Source: Azolla caroliniana (Eukaryota > Plantae > Polypodiophyta). From it: a stretch of 64,000 nucleotides of DNA. A program made the translations under genes and the position numbers. Below, piece after piece: positions 24,980-36,400 of the stretch. Numbering within the stretch: the first letter of the stretch is position 1; each line of letters begins with the position of its first letter. The notes under the pieces were generated by a model. That model saw only the letters and a list, made by a program, of their open reading frames with translations, ran no database searches and was not told the DNA's origin. The DNA lies in NCBI GenBank assembly GCA_043228905.1, contig JBHGNT010000014.1, positions 7,688,001 to 7,752,000 of the forward strand. Direction: 5' to 3'.

Positions 24980-27846
24980 AGGAGAGTGATGGGAGAGAGA
25001 GAAAGGAGACTGAGAATGTTGAAGAGAGTGTGCATTTGTGTGGGAGATGCGTGAAAAGATGTCTTCTTCTTTGTGTGAGGAAGGGTGAGAGAGGTCCTTA
25101 ATCAAGCTTCATCAGTTCATTACCACACGTGTGAAACTAGGAGTTAGTTGCTTTCTTGGGTTGTGGCTTAGGCTCGTCTTGAAGTCGCAGTCGGTAATGG
25201 TATTAGCGCGCATTGCGTGGTTTCCGATGGAAGTCGCGTCAATTGTTATTGGGAGGTCATTGTCAGTCATCGTCCGAACTGTCATCTCGTGGGCGATAGT
25301 TGTGAGGTTGCTGATCACCTTCCTAATCCCATGGTTCAGTGTGCCCGCCTCTATTGTTCATGGGACGCCGATTATCATAGCGTTGTCCTTGTCGATTGTC
25401 GTATCAATCATTTCGATGGTAGTCGTCAGCTTGATGATCCTCGTCATCCCAATAGTGGTCATCGTCTTGGCATGCACTAATAGCAAATTGTACAATGACT
25501 GCATAGACTGCTCTCTATTGTCAAATGCCCTATGTTGAGGCAAGTCGTACGTTGAACAGCTTGCCTGAATCTAAGCTCTTCTAATGTAGGTAAGTTGTGG
25601 TGTAACGTGGACAAGTTCATACTGTTATGATTGTGTGTCTGATCCATTGCCAGAGCTTTATTTACCACTTGCTCCAATGATTGATTCCGGAAATCTAACA
25701 CTGCTAAAGTTGTTCAGAGAGGTTCATCGGATCACAATTTGTCATATTGTTTCATGTGACTCCTGATAGGCCGTGTAGAACTAACCTATTAGATCCTTCT
25801 GGGGAATCTTGCGATGAAACAATTGTGTGAATTTCGCCGCTAATTGGTCGAATAAATCCAACGTTTTTGGCCCGTTCTGGGCATACCAATTTGCCGACAA
25901 ACCATCCAATGATAGAACGAACTCAACGATCTTTCATTTTTCCTCGGCTATTGCCAATAGTCGTTGTGCTACATGGTTCATTTCCTATGTGGTCAGAAAA
26001 TCTCTTATATGCACTTCCGCATTAGCACCATCTCTATATTTCGAGTAAGGGTACGACATATTGTCGTCTCCACAAATGTCAAAAAAAGAAACTTGCTCAA
26101 ACTGCTCCTCATCTGAACAATTATCAATTAGATGCGGAATTCTACTCCACTCCCGATCAGCTTGTTCGAAATTGTCTGAACATTACCTTCTACTACACGT
26201 TGAGTCTCTGCTCGTGTGTGAGGGTGTGTTCGGCCGACAGGTGTTTTCGGACCAGACAACATCCATTCCACCTTGTTCTCTTATATGCGCTACATGGTTC
26301 ATTTCCCATGTGGTCAGAAAATCTCGTATATGCGCTTCCGCATTAGCACCATTTCTGTATTTCGAGTAGGGGTACGACATATTGTCGTCTCCACAAATGT
26401 CAAAAAAAGAACCTTGCTCAAACTGCTCCTCATCTGAACAATTATCAATTAAATGCAGAATTCTACTCCACTCCCGATCAGCTTGTTCGAAATTGTCTGA
26501 ACATTACCTTCTACTACACGTTGAGTCTCTACTCGTGTGTGAGGACGTGTTCGGCCGACAGGTGTTTTCGGACCAGACAACATCCATTCCACCTTGTTCT
26601 CTTATATGCGCTACATGGTTCATTTCCCATGTGGGCAGAAAATCTCGTATATGCGCTTCCGCATTAGCACCATCTCTGTATTTCGAGTAGGGGTACGACA
26701 TATTGTCGTCTCCACAAATGTCAAAAAAAGAACCTTGCTCAAACTGGTCCTCATCTGAACAATTATCAATTAAATGCAGAATTCTACTCCACTCCCGATC
26801 AGCTTGTTCGAAATTGTCTGAACATTACCTTCTACTACACGTTGAGTCTCTACTCGTGTGTGAGGACGTGTTCGGCCGACAGGTGTTCTCGGACCAGACA
26901 ACATCCATTCCACCTTGTTCTTTTATATGCGCTACATGGTTCATTTCCCATGTGGTCAGAAAATCTCTTATATGCGCTTCCGCATTAGCACCATCTCTGT
27001 ATTTCGAGTAGGGGTACGACATATTGTCGTCTCCACAAATGTCAAAAAAAGAACCTTGCTCAAACTGGTCCTCATCTAAACAATTATCAATTAAATGCGG
27101 AATTCTACTCCACTCCCGATCAGCTTGTTCGAAATTGTCTGAACAGTACCTTCTACTACACGTTGAGTCTCTGCTCGTGTGTGAGGATGTTGTCGTGAAG
27201 AAAACCGTCCCCTAGCGCAATCGGTGCATAGCGCGCGTGAACCGGCTCTTCACGCGTGCACGCCCTTTAATGTATATAATAGGGAATTAGGTACATAGGC
27301 ATATCCGGGGGTAGTTAGATTCGGCAGGTAGGAAGTAAATGAGGGAGACGGCTCCCTTCCGGAAGCTATAAAAGAGAGGGAGACGCGGGGGAGAAAGGAT
27401 CGCGCATTAAGGAGGACGAAGTGTTGTCGGACCGTAACCGCACGCTTCTCCTCTATTCGTTCTCCATCGCTCTTCTCTGCAGGTTTTCTGGAGGCTCGCG
27501 CTGCTTCGAGGAACAGTCGTGTGCTTCTGGCAGCACCTCCATCCTAGCCCCTTTCGTGCGCAAACGAACAGGCATCGGCATCTGTTCGCCGGCCTGTTCA
27601 GTTGTAACTGCTCGCGTGCTCTGTTGTTTATTTTATTATTCGTTAATATATATACATTCGTGTCTCTCTGTTTCTGTGTTTTTTCGTGCCTTCTGCGTCG
27701 ACGGGCCGTGCCCCTGTGTTCCTTTGCTCATACGCAACCGGGCGTCTCTCTCTTTCTCTTCCCCCTTCTATCACCTGCTCTTCGGTTCAAGACCCCGGTG
27801 GTCCCGCCTCGTTTCTCCACGCACGCGCGTAGTAACGCGACATATT

Positions 27847-27864
27847 TGGTGAACCCGACGTGAA
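27847..27864 (+). promoter_or_regulatory. Primer binding site complementary to tRNA-Trp(CCA)
   Basis: TGGTGAACCCGACGTGAA is the complement of the plant tRNA-Trp 3' end (…UUCACGUCGGGUUCACCA, from recall), 4 nt after the LTR. Confidence 0.8.
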
Positions 27865-29233
27865 CAAGGCGGCAAAGGAGCAGAAGATGAGGGGGTCGAA
27901 TCTTACAGAGGCCGTGGACCGGATAGTGAGTGCGCGCGAGGGCACCGGCGCCCTTGACAGGGCTATTGAGGCGATCGTCGGTACGATCAGCCGGTTCAGT
28001 GGAAAGGATGCTACGAGTTATTTGGCGTCCTACCGGGTGGAGATGCTGATGAGGGATATTCTGGAACAGAGGCGTCTTGCCGGATTCCCTCGAGTGGCGA
28101 TGCCGGGCATCCATGCGGAGGTGCTCGAAGTCCGGGCGGAGAGCCGGACCTGGGAGGAGTTCGAAGGACGGCTCCTGGAGAAATACGGGTTGGATGACGC
28201 GCTTCGACTTTCGAAGCGGGGCTTCATGGAATGGGTGGAGTCCCCCAACAAAGGAAGAAATGCGTCGGTACTCCTCCGGGAGTTTTAGGAACGCTTTGCG
28301 CGCCTTTCGGCGCTCAATCGGACCGTTCTGGACACAAGTCATGTCCTACTGTTTGTCAAATCGGTTGACGCACGGGATCGGGAGCAAGTGGGCTCCTTAT
28401 TAGAAACCGAAGACGGGTTGACGGCTGGCTAGGCCGCGGTAAAAAGAGTCTGCGGCCGTTTTGACAAACGGTGGGAGTGGGCTGATACAGGGGCGACCGG
28501 GGCGGGTCCTGTAGCAGCAAGGAAGCTCGAACCGATACCGCAGGCGCGAAGGGAAGAGACTCGGGAGTGGCCCGAAACCGGTTCGGCTTCGACCGGCGTG
28601 GTCAGAGGCTCGTCCGGGGGAACAGCCTTGGAGGAGTTGACACGGGTGGTAAAGGATCTCCAGATCGCCCAGGCTCGAAGGGAAGGCGGCGAACAGGCTC
28701 GTGACCGACGGCCTCTGGCAGCAAATAGGTGCATGTGGTGCGACGAGATTGGCCACATCCGGAAAGACTGCGGGGACTTTGCGGAGGCTTTGAGAAGCCG
28801 GGTAGTGTACTTGTGGGAAGGTCGGGTGCACGCCAGCGATACTCAGAGGGCCCTAAACCGAAACGAAGGGCGAGGAGGAATGAAGAGGCTGATGGAAGAG
28901 GCGGCGGCCCGGCACGCGGAGACCGTCCACTACTCAGCGTCAGCCGGTATTCGGGTCAGAGGCAGCGAGGCCTGGAAGGAGAACAAAGTCGGGTTCTGGC
29001 CGACGGTGCTGGAAGGCCTCGCCGGTGCCCGACTAAAGAAAGACGAGGCGGACCGCGCGGAGAAGCGGGTCCAGGAGGTAACCGGCTGGAGTGACTCAGT
29101 CGAAGAAAAGACGGGTTTCGTCGAAGCAGCTTGCTAGAACTACGAGGCTCTGGTTGAAGACAAACGGGTAGGTAAACCCGGAGGGGTCGGACCCTCACAG
29201 AGATACGAAACCCGATTCGGGCCGAAACGGAAT
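27860..29233 (+). pseudogene. gag of element C (in-frame stops; truncated by element D and a deletion)
   Basis: RFSGKDATSYL..Y..EM, LLFVKSVD and a CCHC knuckle; TAG stops at 28286, ~28428 and 29135. Confidence 0.85.
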
Positions 29234-29995
29234 GAGGCCGCTTTACTGCCCCCGTGATCTCCGACATCACTCGTTGTTCTTGTAGCATCCGCTCGAACAT
29301 CATCATCATCGTTATGCTCATTGCCTCTTGTTGATTCTCCATCTCCTTGCCACCCGCCTTCGCGTCGGGTTCACCAACTGTGTCGTGCCTTTCGGCTCCG
29401 GATCGTTGCGTGAGTCGGGTGGGAACCGCCGAGGTTTTGGACTAGGAGAAAGAAGAATATGAGATGAGGCTAGTAATGAATAGATTATTAGAAAGAGAGA
29501 TAGAAATCTCGTGAATCCCACGAGTGTATTGTATTCGATTAATCAATATTTAGATAAGAATATGTATTTAGATTGAAAGAAAGATATAAGAAACTTGTGA
29601 ATCCCACAAGTATAGATTATATTATTTTCGTGAATCCCACGATTATATTAATCGGTTGGTGTTTTCGGAAATATATCCAATTTCCAAATATTTCACACGC
29701 CTATTACATTGTGCTCCCCATCCTTATGTAGTGATGGGAGAGACTAAGCATAGCTACATGCTTCTTTTCTAATAGGTTCATGCACACTAAATGTGCATGT
29801 GATGCTTTTCTAATCCTTGCTTTTATTTGCTAAATATAGTGCTCATGCACGCTAGATGTGCATGAGTCACTTTTTAGTTGCTTGCGTTTTTCTATAAAAT
29901 ATTCACGCACTCTAAAAATGCACGATTCACCTTTTAATAAAGGTAGGCGCAAATAAAGCAGTTATAGTTATTAAATCTATTTATAGAACACTAAA

Positions 29996-30066
29996 GATAA
30001 GGTAGCATAATGGTAAAGTTGAGGTTTGGCTACGTGGAGGTACAAGGTTCGAATCCTGCCCTATGC
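29996..30066 (+). ncRNA. tRNA-like sequence / Pol III A and B boxes within the LTR of D (second copy ~32850-32920)
   Basis: TAGCATAATGG at 30003 and GGTTCGAATCC about 43 nt downstream, with tRNA-like spacing. Cloverleaf imperfect. Confidence 0.5.
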
Positions 30067-30120
30067 ATGTGATAAATATCTTGATATATTTTTATTTTTA
30101 TTTATATGTAATTAAATCGG

Positions 30121-30951
30121 TTATATTATTTTTACTTTTTCACGTAGTGTACGAAATACACTACGACACTCGCCCCCTCCGAACCCGCACATCCTCCGGT
30201 ATGTGCCGAAGTTGCCGATGCTCGTTGTCTCCCCTTCATCCTCCGTTTGTCCCGCTATGTCAACTTTGTCTCTCCATTTTGAGTAGACCCATTCTTTCCA
30301 CCCGAACCATTGTCGCCATCCGATCCACCATATTCTTTGTTCTGTCTCGTCATATTCTTGGCCCTTGTCATTCGTGGTAGTGTCTTTTACTGGCCTCTTT
30401 CTTGTCTTCATCAACCTTGACTTTTTTCCGGATCGCTCTCGTCCGATCGACTTTCGGTTTGATCGGCTTCCGATCGGATTCGTATTCGGCCGAATCGGAA
30501 TCGGTTGTTCGGTTTCGATTGAGTCGGTCTCCTTCCGGCCCGGTTTCGATCTATCGGTTTCAGTTTCGGTTGGCTTTCTTTTCCTCGTTTTCACCAGCCT
30601 CGACCGGTCCAACCTCCGATTGAGTCGGATTAGCTTCTTTTCGGATCGGTTTCGTCCGATCGGCTTTCGGCTAGGTCGGCTTCCATCCATATTCGCGTTC
30701 GGCCAAGTCAGACTCGGTCGATCGGTTTTGACCAAGTCGACCCCTTTTCGGGTCGGCTTTCTTTCGGGTCGTCTTTCGGCCGAATCCTCATTCACCCGGT
30801 TCGGCTTTCGTTTGTGTCGTCTTTCGGCCGAATTCTCTTCCTTTCGGTTCGGCTTTCTTTCGGGTCGACTTTTGGTCGAATCCTCTTTTACCCGGTTCGG
30901 CTTTCTTTCGGATCGGAATCCCGTCCGGATCACCTTCCATCCAAACCGACT
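30121..30951 (-). CDS. In-frame K/R-rich repeat extension of the D gag after a single TGA
   Basis: Same frame as 30952-32196 (…GKV TGA SRFGWKVIRTG…). RKPNRVKEDS repeats and a Trp-rich end motif. Confidence 0.55.
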   Translation of the reverse strand, partial: SRFGWKVIRTGFRSERKPNRVKEDSTKSRPERKPNRKEENSAERRHKRKPNRVNEDSAERRPERKPTRKGVDLVKTDRPSLTWPNANMDGSRPSRKPIGRNRSEKKLIRLNRRLDRSRLVKTRKRKPTETETDRSKPGRKETDSIETEQPIPIRPNTNPIGSRSNRKSIGRERSGKKSRLMKTRKRPVKDTTTNDKGQEYDETEQRIWWIGWRQWFGWKEWVYSKWRDKVDIAGQTEDEGETTSIGNFGTYRRMCGFGGGECRSVFRTLREKVKII

Positions 30952-32196
30952 TCAGACTTTACCTTTCTTGCTGCCACCTCCCGTCTCTCCGGTCTCACGT
31001 TGCTTCTCAGACACAACCGCCGAAGTCTCTAGGATTAGTGGGTAGGAATCCTCGGTATTATCATCCTCCATTGTTTCACCCATAGCCATATTCTCGGCTA
31101 TCTCTCCGTCGTATGCATCGACTTCGACCTTTGTTTTCTCTCCGCCACCTTCTGTCTCTTCGGTCTCATGTTGCCTTTCGAACGCAACCGCCGGAGTCTC
31201 TAGAATCAGTGGTGGGGAAGTCTCGATATGGCCATCCGTCGTTGATTCGTCCATAGCCACCTTCGATTCGATGTCATCTTTCGTGGCGACCTCCTCAATC
31301 AAGTCCTCCTTGCTCTCTTTCACTGCATCAATTATGCAAACATCAATTATGCTTACCCCTTTTTCACCCGATGTTTCGGACACTTGTATTCCGAAATCTT
31401 CTTCTACACTTGGGTTATCGGCCTTATCCTTCGCCATCGTTCTTTCGCAAGACAAGAGGGTAGCTTGTTTTACACCCTCTTCTGTCGCACCATCATGTTG
31501 TATTTCGGCCTTCATATCGGCTCCATCGTTTGTCTTCAATCGACCATCCTTCATCGGCCATGTCGTTGACAAGATTCTCATCTTCCTCTCATCATGTCTC
31601 CGGCATACCCTTTGGACTTCGGCCCAATTTTCGGTAAGACCATTCGTACCGTCATCGTCTTCGAGTTCGATCCTGATGTCCATCCTTTCTTTTCGATCGA
31701 TCGATTTTACGAACATTAGGACTTTATCCTCCCCCACCAACCGTTGTTCCCGCTCCAAGAGTCGAGCAAAACGATTCTCGAACTCTAGGAATGCTTGTGT
31801 TGCACTTCGGTGGGTCTTCTCCGATGCCACCCATTCGTCAAACTCGCGTCGATCTCGTCCCTTCGATCTCTCGTAGTCATATGCCTCTCGTAAAGCTTCT
31901 TCAAATGACCCCCATGTCGAGTTTTGTTGCCGTATCTTGTGGATTCTCTCTTGTAGCTCATCCGTGGCCACCCGATTGAAGGATGTCACTTGCAATCCTT
32001 CCGGTATCCCACATCGTATCATCTCTGCCTTGTAGTCATGTAGATAGCGTGACACATCGTTTCCGTTGAATTGTCCGTTTCGTTGTACGAGCCGCTTTAC
32101 TGCCCCCGTGATCTCCGACATCACTCGTTGTTCTTGTAGCATCCGCTCGAACATCATCATCATCGTTATGCTCATTGCCTCTTGTTGATTCTCCAT
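30952..32196 (-). CDS. Gag capsid-like protein with acidic tail (414 aa), element D
   Basis: Uninterrupted ORF; QFNGNDVSRYL..YKAEM and DKVLMFVKSID...ELEDDDG.NGLTENW are homologous to gag of B and C. D/E-rich C-terminal half, no CCHC. Confidence 0.8.
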   Translation of the reverse strand: MENQQEAMSITMMMMFERMLQEQRVMSEITGAVKRLVQRNGQFNGNDVSRYLHDYKAEMIRCGIPEGLQVTSFNRVATDELQERIHKIRQQNSTWGSFEEALREAYDYERSKGRDRREFDEWVASEKTHRSATQAFLEFENRFARLLEREQRLVGEDKVLMFVKSIDRKERMDIRIELEDDDGTNGLTENWAEVQRVCRRHDERKMRILSTTWPMKDGRLKTNDGADMKAEIQHDGATEEGVKQATLLSCERTMAKDKADNPSVEEDFGIQVSETSGEKGVSIIDVCIIDAVKESKEDLIEEVATKDDIESKVAMDESTTDGHIETSPPLILETPAVAFERQHETEETEGGGEKTKVEVDAYDGEIAENMAMGETMEDDNTEDSYPLILETSAVVSEKQRETGETGGGSKKGKV

Positions 32197-33022
32197 CTCC
32201 TTGCCACCCGCCTTCGCGTCGGGTTCACCAACTGTGTCGTGCCTTTCGGCTCCGGATCGTTGCGTGAGTCGGGTGGGAACCGCCGAGGTTTTGGACTAGG
32301 AGAAAGAAGAATATGAGATGAGGCTAGTAATGAATAGATTATTAGAAAGAGAGATAGAAATCTCGTGAATCCCACGAGTGTATTGTATTCGATTAATCAA
32401 TATTTAGATAAGAATATGTATTTAGATTGAAAGAAAGATATAAGAAACTTGTGAATCCCACAAGTATAGATTATATTATTTTCGTGAATCCCACGATTAT
32501 ATTAATCGGTTGGTGTTTTCGGAAATATATCCAATTTCCAAATATTTCACACGCCTATTACATTGTGCTCCCCATCCTTATGTAGTGATGGGAGAGACTA
32601 AGCATAGCTACATGCTTCTTTTCTAATATGTTCATGCACACTAAATGTGCATGTGATGCTTTTCTAATCCTTGCTTTTATTTGCTAAATATAGTGCTCAT
32701 GCACGCTAGATGTGCATGAGTCACTTTTTAGTTGCTTGCGTTTTTCTATAAAATATTCACGCACTCTAAAAATGCACGATTTACCTTTTAATAAAGGTAG
32801 GCGCAAATAAAGCAGTTATAGTTATTAAATCTATTTATAGAACAATAAAGATAAGGTAGCATAATGGTAAAGTTGAGGTTTGGCTGTGTGGAGGTACAAG
32901 GTTCGAATCCTGCCCTATGCACGTGATAAATATCTTGATATATTATTATTTTTATTTATATGTAATTAAATCGGTTATATTATTTTTACTTTTTCACGTA
33001 GTGTACGAAATACACTACGACA

Positions 33023-33405
33023 ACGGTTCGGAAATAAACTTGATGTCCATGGACTTCTACAGAAAGGGGAAATGGCCGATCAACACTAAGCACGGGTGGA
33101 AGATACGGGCGGCGACGCGCGCCACCGAGGAACTACACGGGGCCTGCCCAAACGTGCGAGTCAAGATCCGCGACGTCGAGATAGACCAGCACTTCTTTGT
33201 GCAGGAGACGTCCTCGCACCCGGTCATACTGGGAGAACCGTACATTACGGCAGCGCGAATGGAGACCAAGGTGCTGGACAACGGGTCGGCTTACGCGAGG
33301 GTCAAGAGTCAGGACGGGCGTCATTCGGTCCAGTTCCTGACGGTGCGACCGAACCACGAGCGAAACCGCGAGTCCCTCGGTGGCGAGACCCGAGAGGATT
33401 TTTAG
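33023..33405 (+). pseudogene. Aspartic protease of element C (end of the gag-pro ORF)
   Basis: (D)xGSEINLM...VILGEPY; ends GAG GAT TTT TAG. Confidence 0.85.
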
Positions 33406-36400
33406 AGAGGACTGTCAAGGCGTGGGACCGCAACAATCCGGGCACTCCGGGAAAACCCCACAAATGTACGATAGAGGCGAAACAGAAGAAACCTTGTACC
33501 ATAAGTAGGAAGTTTTGTTTCTCCGACAACGGAGGGTGTACGATAGTCGGCGTCGTTGGCCGAGAAAAGACAAGGGCGGAAGAGCGACTTCGGGCATGCG
33601 GAGTTCTCGGGCACGGCGAAGAGATCAACAGAGCCGTGGAGGCGGTCTCCTTCGACGATACCTTGGGAATACTGCGAGAGGTGGTCGGAGAGGGCCTTAA
33701 AGAGGACCGGACGATACCGGTTTGTTCAGAAGAAATGTACAAAGTCATCGCGGACTTCAGTCGAGGGCTCGAGTCGGATCGGACGGCCCGGGTTAACACG
33801 AAGTACAAGACTGTGGGCCGGAAGGTAAGGCCAGTCGCGGCACCCTTACCGGAGGGCAGCGAGTTGCAAATCAAGGGGGTCGCGTCGGACCCCAGTTTAC
33901 GAGATCCGGCCTGCATAGGACACACCTTCACCGACAGAACGCTACGAGAGCTCAAAATCGGTGGGGGCGGGTTCCTACTGCCGGCGGAAGAAGACCGGTT
34001 TCAGAGAATGCTTGGAAGGCACGAGAAAGCCTTCGCATTCTCACCGGGAGAGATCGGGTGCGTAGACCCGACAGTCGTGAAGCCAATGGTGATATTCACG
34101 GTACCGCATGTGCCGTGGAATCTCAAACCAATTCTGGTACCGAGAGCTCACATCCCGGAGCTGATGGAGCTGTTGAGGCAGAAAGTCGATATGGGCATCC
34201 TCGAACCGTCGAGTGCCCCGTACTCGAACCGGTGGTTTACCGTACCGAAGAAGAACGGGACGTTGCGCTTCATTCAAGACCTGCAACCGGTCAACAGAGT
34301 GACCATTCGGAACGCAGGAATCGGACCAACGATAGACGAGTTCGTGGAGGCCTTCGCCGGAAGGTCGATCTACTCGGTCGGTGATCTGTACTCAGGGTAC
34401 GATCAGTTCCAACTAGCCGTAGAGAGCAGAGACATTACGACGATGCGGACTCCTCTCGGCCTAGTGCGGATGTGTACCCTGCCACAAGGAGGGACGAACT
34501 CGGTGGCCCACATGGTGAATGCGATGAACAACGTGTTGAGGGATTGTATCCCGGACATCACCATGCCATTCTTGGACGACATCCCGATCAAGGGATGTCC
34601 GGTGGAGGAAAAGGACGAAACGATCGGACCGGACGGATGCCGGAGATTCGTGGCGACACACATTGACGACTGCGAGAGGGTGCTGCAGAGGCTAGAGGAC
34701 GCGAGGCTCACCTTCTCCGGGGAGAAATCGGCCTTCGGGCAATCAGAGATCATGGTCGTCGGACATCTATGCGGACCGTATGGCCGGAAACCGTCTCCGG
34801 CTAAGGTGGAAGCCATCTCCGCAATGAAGCCCAACTGTAACTCGGTCACGGAGGTACGGAGGTTCTTGGGAGCATGCGCGTTCTACCACATATGGATCCC
34901 GCATTACGCCCACGTTGCCGAGCCGCTATACGGGTTGCTGAAAAAGGGGCGAAAATTCGAGTGGCGAGTCGAGCATACAGAGTCGGTCCGAAAAATGAAG
35001 GAGGCTCTTGCTGCAGCTCCGGCGCTCCGAAAGGCTATCTACGAGAAAGGCACCCCCATCTACATAACGGTAGATACAAGTTCGACCGGGATCGGATGGG
35101 TCGTCAACCAAGAAGATGAGGACGGTATTCGGTTCCCAATCCGGTTCGGCGCGAAGGTCCTCAGCGAGCGACAACAAGGATACGCTCAGGTTAAACGCGA
35201 ACTCTGGGGTATCGTTTCTGCGGTAAAGGCCGATAAAGACTATCTGATCGGGACAGAGGTGATTATCGAGACGGACTGCCTGCCGATTCTCGGCATGGTT
35301 TCCGGATGCGCAACCCCGGACCTGGCAATGCTCAGGTGGATAGCGTACATCAAGTCCCTGGATCCGGAAATACGACACATTTCCGGGAAAGACAATGCCA
35401 TGGCCGACATGCTTTCGAGGGCGCGATTCGACGATGAGGGCGGCATGGTTTCGGAGGACGAGGAAGTCGGCGTGGACTTCTTCGAGGCGGCTTACGTAAC
35501 AACCGAGGGGGGGAGCACTCCGGCGCTTAACGATTTTAACGAGAGCAAGTACGATGGGGAGTGGCTGCAGATTGGAGGATTCTTAAGGACGATGACGCCG
35601 GACGCGTCATGGACAAAGGACAAGGCCAACCGGATCCGGAAGAAAGCGTACCAATTCTTTCTCCGGGACGGATACTTGTGGAAGCACCCGAAGAAGAGAA
35701 ACGGCATCCCGCTCCGAGTAGTGGCGATGAAGGAGGAACAGGAGGAGTTATTGAAGGCCTACCACGACAGCCCCTAGGCTGGACACCGTGGAACGTGGGC
35801 CACATTCGAGAAGCTAAAGGGGAAGTACTGGTGGTCGGGACTGTACCGGGACGTGCATCGGTTCGTGACGACTTGTGAGAGCTATCAGATACACTCCATA
35901 GTCCGACATCGGGACGAGCTTCACCCTACATACCCTCCGGCCATCCACTTCAAATGGATGGTAGATTTGGTGACGATGCCGATGGGCATAGGGCAGATGC
36001 GATATCTGGTGCTGGCCCGGGAGGACCTGACGAACCAGGTGGAAGGCCGAGCCCTACAGAACAAAACGACCGCGGCCGTGTGTCGGTTCTTGATCGAGGA
36101 CGTAATATGCCGGTACGGGTGCATCGGGAAGATCGTGGCTGACCGCGGGGAGTTGGACACCGAAGAGGCCGAGGAGCTGTTCGACCGGTTAGGGGTCAAG
36201 CTCTCGCTCACCACAGCATAAATCCGGAGGCGAACGGGAAGGTGGAGCACGGACACGGACCGATCGTCAAAGCGTTAGTCCGGGCATGCGAAGGCCAGGT
36301 CGGGAACTGGCCACGACTGTTACCTTATGCCTTGTGGGCGGACAGGACAACACACACTTCGGTAACCGAGTTCATGCCGTCAGAGCTCATGTTCGAACAA

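Larger units (their letters stand above)
29237..33022 (-). mobile_element. Non-autonomous gag-only Gypsy element D (tRNA-Trp PBS), partial tandem copy, nested in C
   Basis: 788-bp LTRs 29381-30168 and 32235-33022, about 99% identical (about 8 differences by eye). PBS TGGTGAACCCGACGCGAA 32230-32213, PPT 30180-30169. A second PBS and gag start lie at 29237-29380. Confidence 0.92.

Noticed and set aside
25968-27190. Regular repeats as a CRISPR array or a repeated small gene
   Set aside because: Whole 321-bp units repeat with no unique spacers, they derive from a retroelement leader and gag, and the context is eukaryotic.
29996-30066. Functional tRNA gene
   Set aside because: The acceptor and T stems pair poorly and there is no clear anticodon arm; kept only as tRNA-like boxes.
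30365-31876. Plus-strand 226-aa and 201-aa ORFs
   Set aside because: Antisense shadows of the repetitive K/R-rich and D/E-rich frames of element D.
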